Positions 1 through 8,616 of a stretch of DNA of 64,000 bases are shown here, piece after piece (position 1 is the first letter of the stretch; every line of letters begins with the position of its first letter). The notes below the pieces were generated by a model that saw only the letters and a program-made list of their open reading frames with translations, did not search any database and had not been told where the DNA came from. The position numbers were made by a program, and so were the translations under genes. The stretch comes from a virus (taxonomy: Duplodnaviria > Heunggongvirae > Uroviricota > Caudoviricetes). The DNA lies in the IMG/VR virus record IMGVR_UViG_3300018481_000018, positions 3,759-67,758 of that record; one strand, given 5' to 3'.

Positions 1-1
1 T

Positions 2-463
2 CCGTTCGAGATCGGGGCTCCCGTGATGCTCGATCCGGCCACTCCTGGCTTCATGAAGGCCGCCACAGAGGCGGTCGCTCCGAGCCAGAACACCGGCATC
101 GTGATCTTCGAGCACATCCAGAACAAGTCGGATGCTCTCACCACCCAGTACGACGCTCCTCACAACCAGGTGCCTCTCGGGCAGTACGCCCAGATCATGC
201 ACGGTCCCGGAGCGAAGGTCTGGTTCAAGGTCACCACGGACAAGACCCTGTACGACGGCCGAGTCCAGCCGGGCGGCAGCCTGCTGGTCGCCGGCCTCAA
301 CCTCTCGACCCTGGCGATCGGTTCCGGCCTCGTGCCGGATGGTGCGGGCAAGTACCGCTCCACCGATGGCTCCGGCACCGCCGACGTCGGTGGTGTGGCC
401 TGGATGGTCGTCGAGCAGGTCAACCCCGCTACCGGTCGGGTTGAGGCCCGACTGACCTTCTGA
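2..463 (+). CDS. Capsid decoration/cement protein, 5' end truncated by the window
   Basis: Frame is open from position 2 (PFEIGAPVMLDP...) to TGA 463; Gly-rich beta-type sequence directly upstream of the major capsid gene. Confidence 0.6.
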   Translation, partial: PFEIGAPVMLDPATPGFMKAATEAVAPSQNTGIVIFEHIQNKSDALTTQYDAPHNQVPLGQYAQIMHGPGAKVWFKVTTDKTLYDGRVQPGGSLLVAGLNLSTLAIGSGLVPDGAGKYRSTDGSGTADVGGVAWMVVEQVNPATGRVEARLTF

Positions 464-479
464 GAGGAGGAGAACTGCC

Positions 480-1421
480 ATGAGCGACACCGCAATCAAG
501 AAGATGGTGGACTCCTTCGGGCGTACCCAGGAGGAGCGGACCAAGCAGCTCGAGATCATGGAGGAGGCGAACCTCGAAGCCCGCGAGAACTGGGACGACC
601 CCCAGTACCGTCGGGAGTTCGCAGCCGAGCTCACCGAGAGCATCCTGCTCGGGTTCGACTTCGAGACCCTGATCGACCGGTGGATCGACACCGAGCGGAC
701 CGACTTCAACGGTCGGATCTTCATCCGCGAGGCCGGCGGTCTGAAGGCGTTCTACATGGCCCGGGGTGGCTACATCGAGGCCAGCGAGCTGACGGCGGAG
801 ATCTCCGAGGTCCCGCGCGACATGCTCGGTGTCCACGTGTGGGAGTTCGAGGACAAGTTCCTCACGAACTTCGCCGAGAGCGCGCAGACCCTGCGTGACC
901 TCTCGATCCGTCGGATGGACGCGGAGATCAACCGCCGCGTGCACACCGTCCTGGCGGAAGCTGTCCCGAGCTCGTCCCCGTACTACCTGGCCACGCCGGG
1001 GCTCTCCAAGCCCGGAGTGGACGCGGCGATCGCTGCCGTCCAGGACGCGTCCGACGCTGGCAACGTCGTCATCGTGGGTCGCCCCACCATGACGCGCCAG
1101 ATCATGGACTTCGACGGGTACGGCAACGAGACGCTGGAGGAGATCCGGCGCAACGGCGTCCTCGGTCAGTACCGAGGCGTCCCGATCATCGAGCTCAAGA
1201 ACTTCAAGGACGAGGATGGCGTCGCCTACCTCCCCTCCAACGAGATGTGGATCATGACCCGGGACACGGGCAAGTTCGCGTTCTTCGGCGGGCTCAAGTC
1301 CAAGGAGTTCATGGAGCTCGACAACTGGTACTGGCACTACCTCGCGCGGCGTGACACTGGGGTGCTCGTGCACCACCCGGAGCGCGCTCGTCGCCTGGTG
1401 GACACCAGCCTGCCGGCCTGA
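480..1421 (+). CDS. Major capsid protein (HK97-like fold inferred), 313 aa
   Basis: Strong SD GAGGAGGAG; size; GVLGQYRGVPII motif typical of capsid proteins; followed by a hairpin; position before head-tail genes. Confidence 0.8.
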   Translation: MSDTAIKKMVDSFGRTQEERTKQLEIMEEANLEARENWDDPQYRREFAAELTESILLGFDFETLIDRWIDTERTDFNGRIFIREAGGLKAFYMARGGYIEASELTAEISEVPRDMLGVHVWEFEDKFLTNFAESAQTLRDLSIRRMDAEINRRVHTVLAEAVPSSSPYYLATPGLSKPGVDAAIAAVQDASDAGNVVIVGRPTMTRQIMDFDGYGNETLEEIRRNGVLGQYRGVPIIELKNFKDEDGVAYLPSNEMWIMTRDTGKFAFFGGLKSKEFMELDNWYWHYLARRDTGVLVHHPERARRLVDTSLPA

Positions 1422-1427
1422 TCGACC

Positions 1428-1470
1428 CATAGCACGGGGCCCCTGCCTTCGGGTGGGGGCCTCTGCTATG
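1428..1470 (+). terminator. Hairpin terminator after the capsid gene
   Basis: CATAGCAcgGGGCCCC...TTCG...GGGGCCtcTGCTATG imperfect inverted repeat just after stop 1421. Confidence 0.65.
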
Positions 1471-1493
1471 TTCCGGCTCGGGCTGGCCGCCTA

Positions 1494-1526
1494 GACGAGA
1501 CCCTCGCCGTTGGCGGGGGTCTCGTT
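1494..1526 (-). terminator. Hairpin terminator for the antisense 75-aa gene
   Basis: GACGAGACCCTCGCC-GTT-GGCGGGGGTCTCGTT stem 4 nt beyond stop 1530. Confidence 0.6.
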
Positions 1527-1529
1527 CCG

Positions 1530-1757
1530 TCAGACCCAGATCCAGTCGGTACGTACCCAGTTCAGGCGATCGGGCTGGAGCATCAGGAAGGCCGCGTAGC
1601 CCTGAGCTTTGCCGTTGGTCTCGGCCAGCAGGATGGCTGGATCGTGGTGCTCATCCCACTCCTTGCCGCTGATGTGCCACCGCTTGGTGTGCTCGGGCAT
1701 AGGCTGTTCGGGGATCACTCCAGCGACGACTTCGACGATGACCTTGGCTGATTCCAT
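1530..1757 (-). CDS. Small hypothetical protein, antisense to the structural operon (75 aa)
   Basis: Fills an intergenic gap exactly; high GC3; TAATGT hexamer 6 nt before ATG (leaderless); own hairpin. Confidence 0.65.
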   Translation of the reverse strand: MESAKVIVEVVAGVIPEQPMPEHTKRWHISGKEWDEHHDPAILLAETNGKAQGYAAFLMLQPDRLNWVRTDWIWV

Positions 1758-1794
1758 ATCCGAACATTAGCCTGAGCAGTGCGTGTCGAGGTGA

Positions 1795-1821
1795 ATCCGA
1801 ACGTGTGTCTGGACGATGATC
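1795..1821 (+). promoter_or_regulatory. Putative late promoter/activator site ATCCGAAC-N4-GTCTGGAC-GATGATC
   Basis: Same dimeric motif recurs at 7309, 8518, 29214 and 40827 upstream of late genes. Confidence 0.5.
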
Positions 1822-1860
1822 ACCGAGGAAACTGACACGGACCTGAGAGGACTACCCACC

Positions 1861-2460
1861 ATGGCACGGACCGGAAGCATCACCGAGCAGGACCAGGACT
1901 TCATGGAGACCTGGGAGAACATCGCCACTCGTCAGAACGCAGTCGTCCGCCTGGACGCGCGCGGCGAGGAGAGGCAGGAGGTCATCACTGGCCGCCGCAG
2001 CTTCATGCTCACCACCGAGGAGCGCATCATCACCGAGGGCAAGATCCTCGACGACAAGAACAACCCGTTCAAGAACGGCGACTTCCGCCCCGTCGTGGTG
2101 CCGGACTCGGTGACGGTCCAGAGCAACCCGAACGCGCTCTCCGATGAGGAGATCACCCAGATGTTCACCGTGGGCGAGGCCGCCTGGCCCCAGCTGCTCG
2201 GCACCATCGACTCGGTGGCCACTCTGCGTCGGATGCTCGACCTGGCCGAGAACCACGAGAGCCTCACCATGAAGCGCTTCCGTGACATCGAGCACCGGCT
2301 CCTCGAGGCGCGAGGCGGCGAGCGTCCCAGGCTCACGAGCAATGATGAGACGCTGACCAAGTTCCTGGACGACAAGCCGACCAACTCCAGCAACAACCCG
2401 CAGAACGGCCAGAGCAACCCGCGCCGGACTCAGGGTGGTCGTTCCTCCGACTACCGGTGA
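1861..2460 (+). CDS. Head-associated hypothetical protein
   Basis: SD GAGAGG before ATG 1861 (track start 1816); between capsid and adaptor genes. Confidence 0.65.
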   Translation: MARTGSITEQDQDFMETWENIATRQNAVVRLDARGEERQEVITGRRSFMLTTEERIITEGKILDDKNNPFKNGDFRPVVVPDSVTVQSNPNALSDEEITQMFTVGEAAWPQLLGTIDSVATLRRMLDLAENHESLTMKRFRDIEHRLLEARGGERPRLTSNDETLTKFLDDKPTNSSNNPQNGQSNPRRTQGGRSSDYR

Positions 2461-2520
2461 AGCCGGCTGCGTCTGGACCTCCGTAGAGCCGATGCACATG
2501 GCAGACGTGAGGAGGTTGAG

Positions 2521-3033
2521 ATGGCTGTGGAACTGCGCGACTACGTGGAGTCGCTCAAGCGTGAGATCGAGCCGCCCGGCGCTGACCTGTATCCCAGCGT
2601 GACCGAGACGGAGTGGGTCGGGTACCTCTCCGACGCGTTCTGGGAGGTCAGGCTCGATGGGTTCCTGCCCGCCTTCCAGACCCAGGATGAGGGTCCGGAC
2701 ATCGAGGTCGTGCCGGTCGACCCCTCTGGCGCTGACATCACCCAGCGCGACATGGCCCTGGTGATCCTGTATGCCGGCGTGAAGGTGCTGCGCAACAAGA
2801 TCCTGAACATGACCACTGGCCTGCGTGCCAAGGCGGGCCCGGTCGAGTTCGAGCAGGAGATCAGCGCGAACATGCTCTCGGAGATGCTGCGACAGCTGAA
2901 GGCGACCAAGGACCGGATCATCGAGGACCTGGATGACCAGACCAGCGTGCTGTACCTGGATGCCTACTCCACGCGGCTCTACTCGCCTCTGAGCTACTAC
3001 GGGGGCTACCAGCTGTCTGAGGGCGGTGGCTGA
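2521..3033 (+). CDS. Head-to-tail adaptor (gp15/gp6-like)
   Basis: SD AGGAGG; 170-aa helical protein; first of the head-completion genes. Confidence 0.55.
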   Translation: MAVELRDYVESLKREIEPPGADLYPSVTETEWVGYLSDAFWEVRLDGFLPAFQTQDEGPDIEVVPVDPSGADITQRDMALVILYAGVKVLRNKILNMTTGLRAKAGPVEFEQEISANMLSEMLRQLKATKDRIIEDLDDQTSVLYLDAYSTRLYSPLSYYGGYQLSEGGG

Positions 3034-3533
3034 TGGTTCAGCCGAACCCCTCGCTCGGGATCTCGGTGGACTTCCCGAGCGACACGGTGCGCAATGCCCT
3101 GCTCTTCGCCATGCAGATGGGCTCACCCAACGACACCACTCGCCAGGTGCGGTTCATCAAGAAAGCTCCTGGCCGGCAGTACTTCAAGGGCCTGGTCGAG
3201 CAGTTCCAGCCTCCGGTCGGGACGCTGCGCCTGGATCGAGACGGGCGTCCACTTGACCCAGAGGTGCGGATCGTCCAGACGCCTGACGAGGAGATCGACG
3301 TCGACGTAGCTATCGAGCTCACCGAAGCCAACGCCGACGAACTGCCGGTCGGCAACTTTCGGCCCGTCAAGGCGACCATCACGCTGATGGAGCCCGAGTA
3401 CGCCCAGATCCAGGGCAGTCGCGAGGTCGAGTTCAACACCGATCGCTACGGTTTCGCCTACGAGCTCGATACCACGGCCCTGTTCGACCTGGACTTCCAC
3501 ACGCTCATCTTCTTCGCCCTGAACGAGAGCTGA
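3033..3533 (+). CDS. Head closure/stopper-like protein
   Basis: TGATG coupling to upstream gene; size and synteny. Confidence 0.45.
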   Translation: MVQPNPSLGISVDFPSDTVRNALLFAMQMGSPNDTTRQVRFIKKAPGRQYFKGLVEQFQPPVGTLRLDRDGRPLDPEVRIVQTPDEEIDVDVAIELTEANADELPVGNFRPVKATITLMEPEYAQIQGSREVEFNTDRYGFAYELDTTALFDLDFHTLIFFALNES

Positions 3534-3535
3534 CG

Positions 3536-3640
3536 ATGGAGTGCGTGAGCTGCGGGCGGGAGTTCGATCCCATTCGGCACCGCTGGCTCTGTCCCCACTG
3601 CAAGCACAAGAATTCCTGTTGTGAAGGAGGCCCGTTGTGA
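3536..3640 (+). CDS. 34-aa Cys-rich zinc-finger microprotein (MECVSCGREFDPIRHRWLCPHCKHKNSCCEGGPL)
   Basis: Not in ORF track; fills the gap between 3533 and 3637; GTGA overlap with next gene; CxxC...CxxC...CC. Confidence 0.6.
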   Translation: MECVSCGREFDPIRHRWLCPHCKHKNSCCEGGPL

Positions 3641-4260
3641 CCGTCACTGGAGGCTATGTCCGGCACCGGGATCGCATGGTTCAGGAGTCGGTCTACCAGG
3701 ATCTGCGCGACACCCTGATTGCCTGCCGGTGGCTGGAGGGCACTACCTCCAAGCCGGTGGCCGACCCGTACAACGCCGGCGTGTGGGGTGTGGTGACTAC
3801 GGCGGCCATCGAGCTGTTGCCCTTGCTCGAGAATGACCCTGTGGTCTTGATCGACTACTTCCCCGAGGCTGAGGGCGGTTCGGTGGCCGGCGAGCCTTCG
3901 ACTGGCAAGACCGAGATCAACACGTTGGCGCTGGACAATGGGACACGCGTCGGAACTGCGCCGGTCGAGCTGGGTAACCAGTCGGCCGAGCTGATCACCT
4001 ACCGGTTCAACCTGGCTTTCTACGCAGCCAGTGATGGCCTGGCCCAGGCTGTGCTCGGGGACCTGGCCGATCGCTACCGAGGTCGTCTGGTGCGTCCTGA
4101 GGTGATCGAGCTCTGGAACTTCAACAGTGCGGCGGTCGACCCGGTGGTCCGGATGGAGGTCGAGAGCTACTCCTTCACGCAGAACACCGATCAGCAGATC
4201 GCCCCGCATGAGGTGAACCTGTACTTCGCGGAGCTTGAGGTCGAGGACCAGGTGGACTGA
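3637..4260 (+). CDS. Tail terminator/tail completion protein
   Basis: 207 aa; SD GAAGGAGG; synteny upstream of the major tail gene. Confidence 0.5.
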   Translation: MTVTGGYVRHRDRMVQESVYQDLRDTLIACRWLEGTTSKPVADPYNAGVWGVVTTAAIELLPLLENDPVVLIDYFPEAEGGSVAGEPSTGKTEINTLALDNGTRVGTAPVELGNQSAELITYRFNLAFYAASDGLAQAVLGDLADRYRGRLVRPEVIELWNFNSAAVDPVVRMEVESYSFTQNTDQQIAPHEVNLYFAELEVEDQVD

Positions 4261-4427
4261 TGGCCCAGGCTTTGAGCCATCTGAACGGGCGTCTGTTTTG
4301 GTGGTGGGCCGTTCCGAGCTACTTCGGCGGAGCTGTCATCTGTTGGGCAGTTGCGCGTCTTCTGCGCAGCTGGTGGGAGATCGAGCACATGATCCGATCA
4401 CATGAGCGTCATTTGAGGCCCGCCTGA
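4260..4427 (+). CDS. Possible 55-aa Trp-rich membrane microprotein
   Basis: TGATG coupling at 4258-4262; LFWWWAVPSYFGGAVICWAVA hydrophobic segment; atypical codon use. Confidence 0.3.
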   Translation: MAQALSHLNGRLFWWWAVPSYFGGAVICWAVARLLRSWWEIEHMIRSHERHLRPA

Positions 4428-4488
4428 TCTCCATCTGACGGGCTAGGACGCCGACAGACCCACTGGAAACTGGAAGTGGGTGTTGTAC

Positions 4489-4761
4489 ATGGACGTGAGC
4501 TTCGACATGAAGAAGTTCCTCCGGATGAGGCGAGACCGGGCGGTCGGGTCGATCTTGGGATACGCCGAAGCGGAGATTGGGCCGAAGCTCACGAAGGCGG
4601 AGTGGGAAGCGCTGCGGCGGGTCGTGTTGGACGCCACGAACAGCTACCACGACACCGTGCTCGACCTCGTGAAGTCTGATGACTCGACGAGGAACGACCA
4701 TCTGATCTCTCTCCTGGAGAGCGTGGACCGGGGACTGGCTCGTCAAGCGCAGCCGCACTAA
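4489..4761 (+). CDS. Hypothetical protein
   Basis: About 90-aa ORF with typical codon bias in the neck region. Confidence 0.6.
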   Translation: MDVSFDMKKFLRMRRDRAVGSILGYAEAEIGPKLTKAEWEALRRVVLDATNSYHDTVLDLVKSDDSTRNDHLISLLESVDRGLARQAQPH

Positions 4762-4827
4762 TCCGGACGCGTGTTCATTCCGGCTCCTCATGAGCCGATA
4801 CCGGGGTAACACAAGGGAGGTGAGACC

Positions 4828-5487
4828 ATGCCGCAGTTGACCGTGAAGGTGAAGGACCGCCGGGGAACTGTGCACGGTGGTCTCGACCGCCGGATCAAGC
4901 AGTTCGTCGACGCTGAGCAGCGCGCTCGCACGATGGCCGCGCGCGCCGCGACGACGAGTACGCGCGCCAATGTCACCTACCGCCGCGACATCATCCCCCC
5001 TCGCCCCGGCCGGTCCTCGACTGGTGGCCGGATGAAGCAGGCCCTTCAGTGGGAGCCCAAGAACGGCATGGTCGAGTTCGACATGGCCAAGGCTGACCGC
5101 GAGGCTCCCCACTGGATCATCCAGAACGTGGGGACGGGCAGATCCGCCACGCTGAAGAAGGCGAACGTCTCCAACCCGACCGGCCGACCCAAGAAGGGCG
5201 CGACCTACAAGCGTCGCATCCCCTCTCAGGTGGGCCGCCCCATCGCCCCAGGACTCGTCTTCGCCACTGGCGGCCGGTACTCCCAACCCGGCAGCCGGCG
5301 CAACGAGCAGCTTCATCTGATCTCCAGCGTGTCCGGCGCGCCCACGGTGCCGGTTCGGATGCGCATCCAGAAGGAGATCCCTCCCCAGCGCTTCGTGCAG
5401 CGAGGTGGGGAACATGGCTTCCGCGAGTACAAGCAAGGCGTGCTCGCGGCAGCACGGCAAGCCTTCAAGAAGAGCAACCGGCCATGA
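4828..5487 (+). CDS. Basic neck/minor capsid protein (HK97 gp10-like position)
   Basis: SD GGGAGG; very Arg/Lys-rich; EAPHWIIQNVGTG and PPQRFVQRG motifs; precedes major tail. Confidence 0.5.
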   Translation: MPQLTVKVKDRRGTVHGGLDRRIKQFVDAEQRARTMAARAATTSTRANVTYRRDIIPPRPGRSSTGGRMKQALQWEPKNGMVEFDMAKADREAPHWIIQNVGTGRSATLKKANVSNPTGRPKKGATYKRRIPSQVGRPIAPGLVFATGGRYSQPGSRRNEQLHLISSVSGAPTVPVRMRIQKEIPPQRFVQRGGEHGFREYKQGVLAAARQAFKKSNRP

Positions 5488-5565
5488 GGGTGGCTGGCGC
5501 TCAGGGGCGCGTCGTGGACACATCAACAAGCCCAATGCCTATTAGAACGGAGGTGAGTTAGGCAC

Positions 5566-6882
5566 ATGGCGATCAAGGCAGGACAGATCCTGCATGTGGC
5601 GAATCAGTTCGTCGTCGACCGCATCCAGACGGCGGGCCCTGGCCAGCTGAACATCCCGCAGGAGAAGGTCTTCGAGCTCGGCAACTACCGTTCCGTGGGC
5701 ATCGTCCGCGACGTACCCGACCTGACCTTCTCACTCGAGTGTCTCGACGTGGACACCGAGGTGGAAGCAGTGCTGGTCGGTTCAGTGAACCCGTTCGCTG
5801 ACGCGACCAGCACCAAGTACGAGCTGGCCAACAACCGGCCGATCGACATCATCAGCCCCTGGAAGACCCCGCATGGGGCCTTCGAGGCGGTGCACGGTGT
5901 CGCGGTACCGAACCTGTATCTGGAGAGCGCGAGCTACCGGTACGGGTTGGCCGAGAACGCGGGTGAGACCTTCTCACTGCGCGGCGACTCGATCTACTAC
6001 ATCCCGGGCACCCCGTGGCAGGACATCTTCCTCGGAGACGACGCAGGACTGGTCGCCGATGAGTGGACGTTCGAGCACGGTCCGGCTCTGGCCTACTCTG
6101 AGGGTGGCGTGACTCGTTACGCCCTCTCGGTGAGCGTGAACGGCCAGCGCCTGGTGCGAGGTACCGACTACTCCGAGACGGCCGCAGACGTCACCCTCCT
6201 GGGCGATTACTCCGGCCTCGGCTCGTCGGACACGATCTCGATCGTGTACGGCGCGGACGGTGCCACGGACGGCGCGACGTACCCACAAGCGGGTCAGTCG
6301 CCGTTCGGCGCAGGCGACGGTCACCTGACCCATCAGGGCACGACCGTCAAGCCGGCAGCCATCCGGGGCAAGGACATCGACGTCTACTTCTCGACCGCGA
6401 TCGCGGGCGTCGACCTGGGTTCGGGCGTCGGTGCGCCGCACGAGATCCGCTGGCCGGATGTCCAGAGCGCCAACGTCGACTGGTCGGTCACCCTCGAGGA
6501 GGACCGCGAGTTCGGTAACCCCAACGCGATCGGCCGCGATGCGACCGACGTGCCGGCGGTGACTGGAGCCGTGGAGCTCAAGCCGCGATCGGTGGAGGCG
6601 TTCTACACGCGCCTGCGTCAGATCACCGGCGTGAACGATGTCCTCAAGATCATGGGTCCGCAGTCGTCCCTCGCGGGCGCGCTGCGCATCGAGCTCCGCA
6701 ACCCGGAGTCCGGTGGTACCACGGCCTCGGCCGCTGGCACGGTCCTGAAGACCCACTACATCCCGGCGGCTCGCTTCACGATGCCCGGCTACACCGGCAC
6801 CGTGCAGCAGAAGCTGAGCGCCACGCTCAACTTCGAGTCCGACGACGGTGTGCTGGAGACCTTCAAGGGTCCGCGCGTCTGA
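5566..6882 (+). CDS. Major tail (tube) protein, 438 aa
   Basis: SD GGAGG; followed by terminator and chaperone/TMP genes; beta-rich tube-like sequence. Confidence 0.75.
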   Translation: MAIKAGQILHVANQFVVDRIQTAGPGQLNIPQEKVFELGNYRSVGIVRDVPDLTFSLECLDVDTEVEAVLVGSVNPFADATSTKYELANNRPIDIISPWKTPHGAFEAVHGVAVPNLYLESASYRYGLAENAGETFSLRGDSIYYIPGTPWQDIFLGDDAGLVADEWTFEHGPALAYSEGGVTRYALSVSVNGQRLVRGTDYSETAADVTLLGDYSGLGSSDTISIVYGADGATDGATYPQAGQSPFGAGDGHLTHQGTTVKPAAIRGKDIDVYFSTAIAGVDLGSGVGAPHEIRWPDVQSANVDWSVTLEEDREFGNPNAIGRDATDVPAVTGAVELKPRSVEAFYTRLRQITGVNDVLKIMGPQSSLAGALRIELRNPESGGTTASAAGTVLKTHYIPAARFTMPGYTGTVQQKLSATLNFESDDGVLETFKGPRV

Positions 6883-6893
6883 CAGCTGAACCG

Positions 6894-6933
6894 AGAGAGG
6901 CCCTCCGCCGCGTAGGTGGAGGGCCTCTCTTTC
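6894..6933 (+). terminator. Intrinsic terminator after major tail gene (possibly bidirectional)
   Basis: AGAGAGGCCCTCC...GGAGGGCCTCTCT 13-bp stem followed by TTC. Confidence 0.75.
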
Positions 6934-7290
6934 ACTCCGGAAAGAGTGAGATGGAAGGGAGGATTGCCTACCTCCGAGGGCCCTCGCGTTGGCGAGTTTC
7001 GAATCGTCAACGAGCCCATCTACAGTCTCGGTGCTACCCAGCGCGGATCGCCGGTCGGACTGGCTACCGACCCTGCGTCGCCTTTCATCGTCCGGTTTCG
7101 CGCCAGCAAGCTGGCGATCCTCCGACTTAGGGGCCCTCTCTCGAGTTCCCACGGCTAATCGGGACGTTCCACTTCTGCAAGCCTTACCTCCTCCAGCCGC
7201 CACGCGTTCAGCGACTGGACTTGGCTCTCGGCCACTTCCCGCCGAGGTGCGCACCTCGGCGTTGAAAGAGAACCATAGGGGCTCAATCCG
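6934..7290. ncRNA. Candidate structured non-coding RNA
   Basis: About 460-nt gap without a credible ORF; nested helices GAGGGCCC/GGGCCCTC, GGATCGCC/GGCGATCC, GGTCGG/CCGACC, GCCGAGGT/ACCTCGGC. Confidence 0.3.
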
Positions 7291-7308
7291 AACATAGTCA
7301 AGTTCTCT

Positions 7309-7335
7309 ATCTGGACGGTCGTCGAGACGATCAAC
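7309..7335 (+). promoter_or_regulatory. Putative late promoter motif ATCTGGAC-N4-GTCGAGAC-GATCAAC
   Basis: Matches the 1795 and 40827 copies; about 60 nt upstream of the chaperone gene. Confidence 0.45.
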
Positions 7336-7397
7336 AGGTGACTCCCGGCTAGGCGGAACGGTGGCCGGACCGGTCTGAACCTGACTAGGAGCTGCGC

Positions 7398-8327
7398 ATG
7401 GCGAACATCAAGGCTCGGCGGAAGCTGAGTGACCTCTACAAGACGGGGGTCGAAGTCCGATTCGGGCCCGGCGGTCCGCAGATCGGCAAGGAGCCGGACG
7501 GGAAGATCGGCGGTCTCATCCGGGACGCGGATGGCAAGGAGATCCCTCCCGGCGCGGAGGACATCCAGATGTGGATCCAGCCGCCGAATCCTCTTCACCG
7601 CGACATGGCGATGCGCGACGCCCAGGCTTCGCGGGCCAAGGCGCTGGTGCGCGCCAAGCGGGACGAGGAGTCCGAGGAACACCTCACCGTGATGGCCTTC
7701 CTGGCTGACATGAGTGACGAAACGCTGCTCGAGTACTGCCTCATCCAGCAGCAGGACGAGTTCCGCCAGGATGCGATCCGCGAGGTGCTCGGCCAGGACG
7801 AGTGGGAGGACATGCAGTCCTACCAGGACGCCATCCGCCAGTACGAGGAGAGCGAGCTGTCGCAAGAGGAGCTCGAGAAGGACGAGGAGTGGGTCGCTCT
7901 CAACGAGCTCGACATCAAGTTCGGCAAGCAGGTCGGTGATCGGGAGAGGGAGATCCGAGACGCTGCGCGCTCGGGCCTCCAGATCCAGCTTTCGTCCGGC
8001 CGGGGCAACCTGGAGCGCAAGGCGCTGAAGTTCCGCTCCGATCAGGTCGGCACGCAGGCGTTCATGCACCGTTACGAGCAGGAGATGCTCTTCTACTCGG
8101 TGCGCGACTTCGAGGACAACGGCGTGCTGTTCTACGGCTCTTCTCGGGAGTTCCAGGGTGAGCATGACGAGATCAAGGCAACCGTCGCGGCGGCCCTGGC
8201 TCCCTTCATCTCTGAGTCGGCCGAAGCAAAAAACTGGCAAGGGGTGGTGTCTGGCTTGGGCTCGTCAGAGCCGCCCAAAGAGCAGGAGACTTCCGGAGCC
8301 TCTACCCCCGAGGATGCGAACGCGTAG
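7398..8327 (+). CDS. Tail assembly chaperone (gpG-like)
   Basis: Between major tail and TMP; acidic, helical; carries an in-frame slippery heptamer near the 3' end. Confidence 0.75.
   Translation: MANIKARRKLSDLYKTGVEVRFGPGGPQIGKEPDGKIGGLIRDADGKEIPPGAEDIQMWIQPPNPLHRDMAMRDAQASRAKALVRAKRDEESEEHLTVMAFLADMSDETLLEYCLIQQQDEFRQDAIREVLGQDEWEDMQSYQDAIRQYEESELSQEELEKDEEWVALNELDIKFGKQVGDREREIRDAARSGLQIQLSSGRGNLERKALKFRSDQVGTQAFMHRYEQEMLFYSVRDFEDNGVLFYGSSREFQGEHDEIKATVAAALAPFISESAEAKNWQGVVSGLGSSEPPKEQETSGASTPEDANA
8228..8234 (+). other. -1 programmed ribosomal frameshift site A AAA AAC
   Basis: gcA AAA AAC in the 7398 frame; the -1 frame is open from 8228 (KKLARGGVWLGLV...) into the 8351-8605 ORF. Confidence 0.8.
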
Positions 8328-8605
8328 CAGACATTCCCTGGTACCTCCAGGTGGCAATTGAACAGGCGTTGACAGTGCTGGGTTGGTACGAGAATGCCGA
8401 CCCAGACGAGGTTCCACCCGAGCGACTGTGGGAGGACCCTGTGGGACTTGAAGAGTGGTGGAAGTGGGTCAAGGAGAAGCACGCCGACGGGCGTGAGGAT
8501 GTAGCTCCGTCCAACAGGTCTGGACGCTCGTCTGAAGATGATGACGATGAGCATCCAGACCCTGGAATGGCCGAGAACGACATCGCTAGGTACTTGAAAG
8601 ACTAG
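8228..8605 (+). CDS. Tail assembly chaperone C-terminal extension (gpT part of the G-T fusion)
   Basis: -1 frame continuation ending at TAG 8605, which overlaps the SD of the TMP gene. Confidence 0.75.
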   Translation, partial: KKLARGGVWLGLVRAAQRAGDFRSLYPRGCERVADIPWYLQVAIEQALTVLGWYENADPDEVPPERLWEDPVGLEEWWKWVKEKHADGREDVAPSNRSGRSSEDDDDEHPDPGMAENDIARYLKD

Positions 8606-8616
8606 GAGGCGCGGTC

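Noticed and set aside
1795-1814. Actinobacterial LexA box (CGAAC-N4-GTTCG)
   Set aside because: The right half is GTCTG(G) in all copies, which fits a direct repeat better than the SOS palindrome
7205-7300. Group I intron: TTCAGCGACTGGA and ACATAGTC resemble the two P7 strands
   Set aside because: The pair flanking the bulge is a G-A mismatch, no P3/P4-P6 could be built, and no gene is interrupted
7283-7303. dif-like site (…ACATAGTCAAGT) as a target for the Xer-like recombinase
   Set aside because: Only the last 7 nt resemble an actinobacterial dif arm; no second arm
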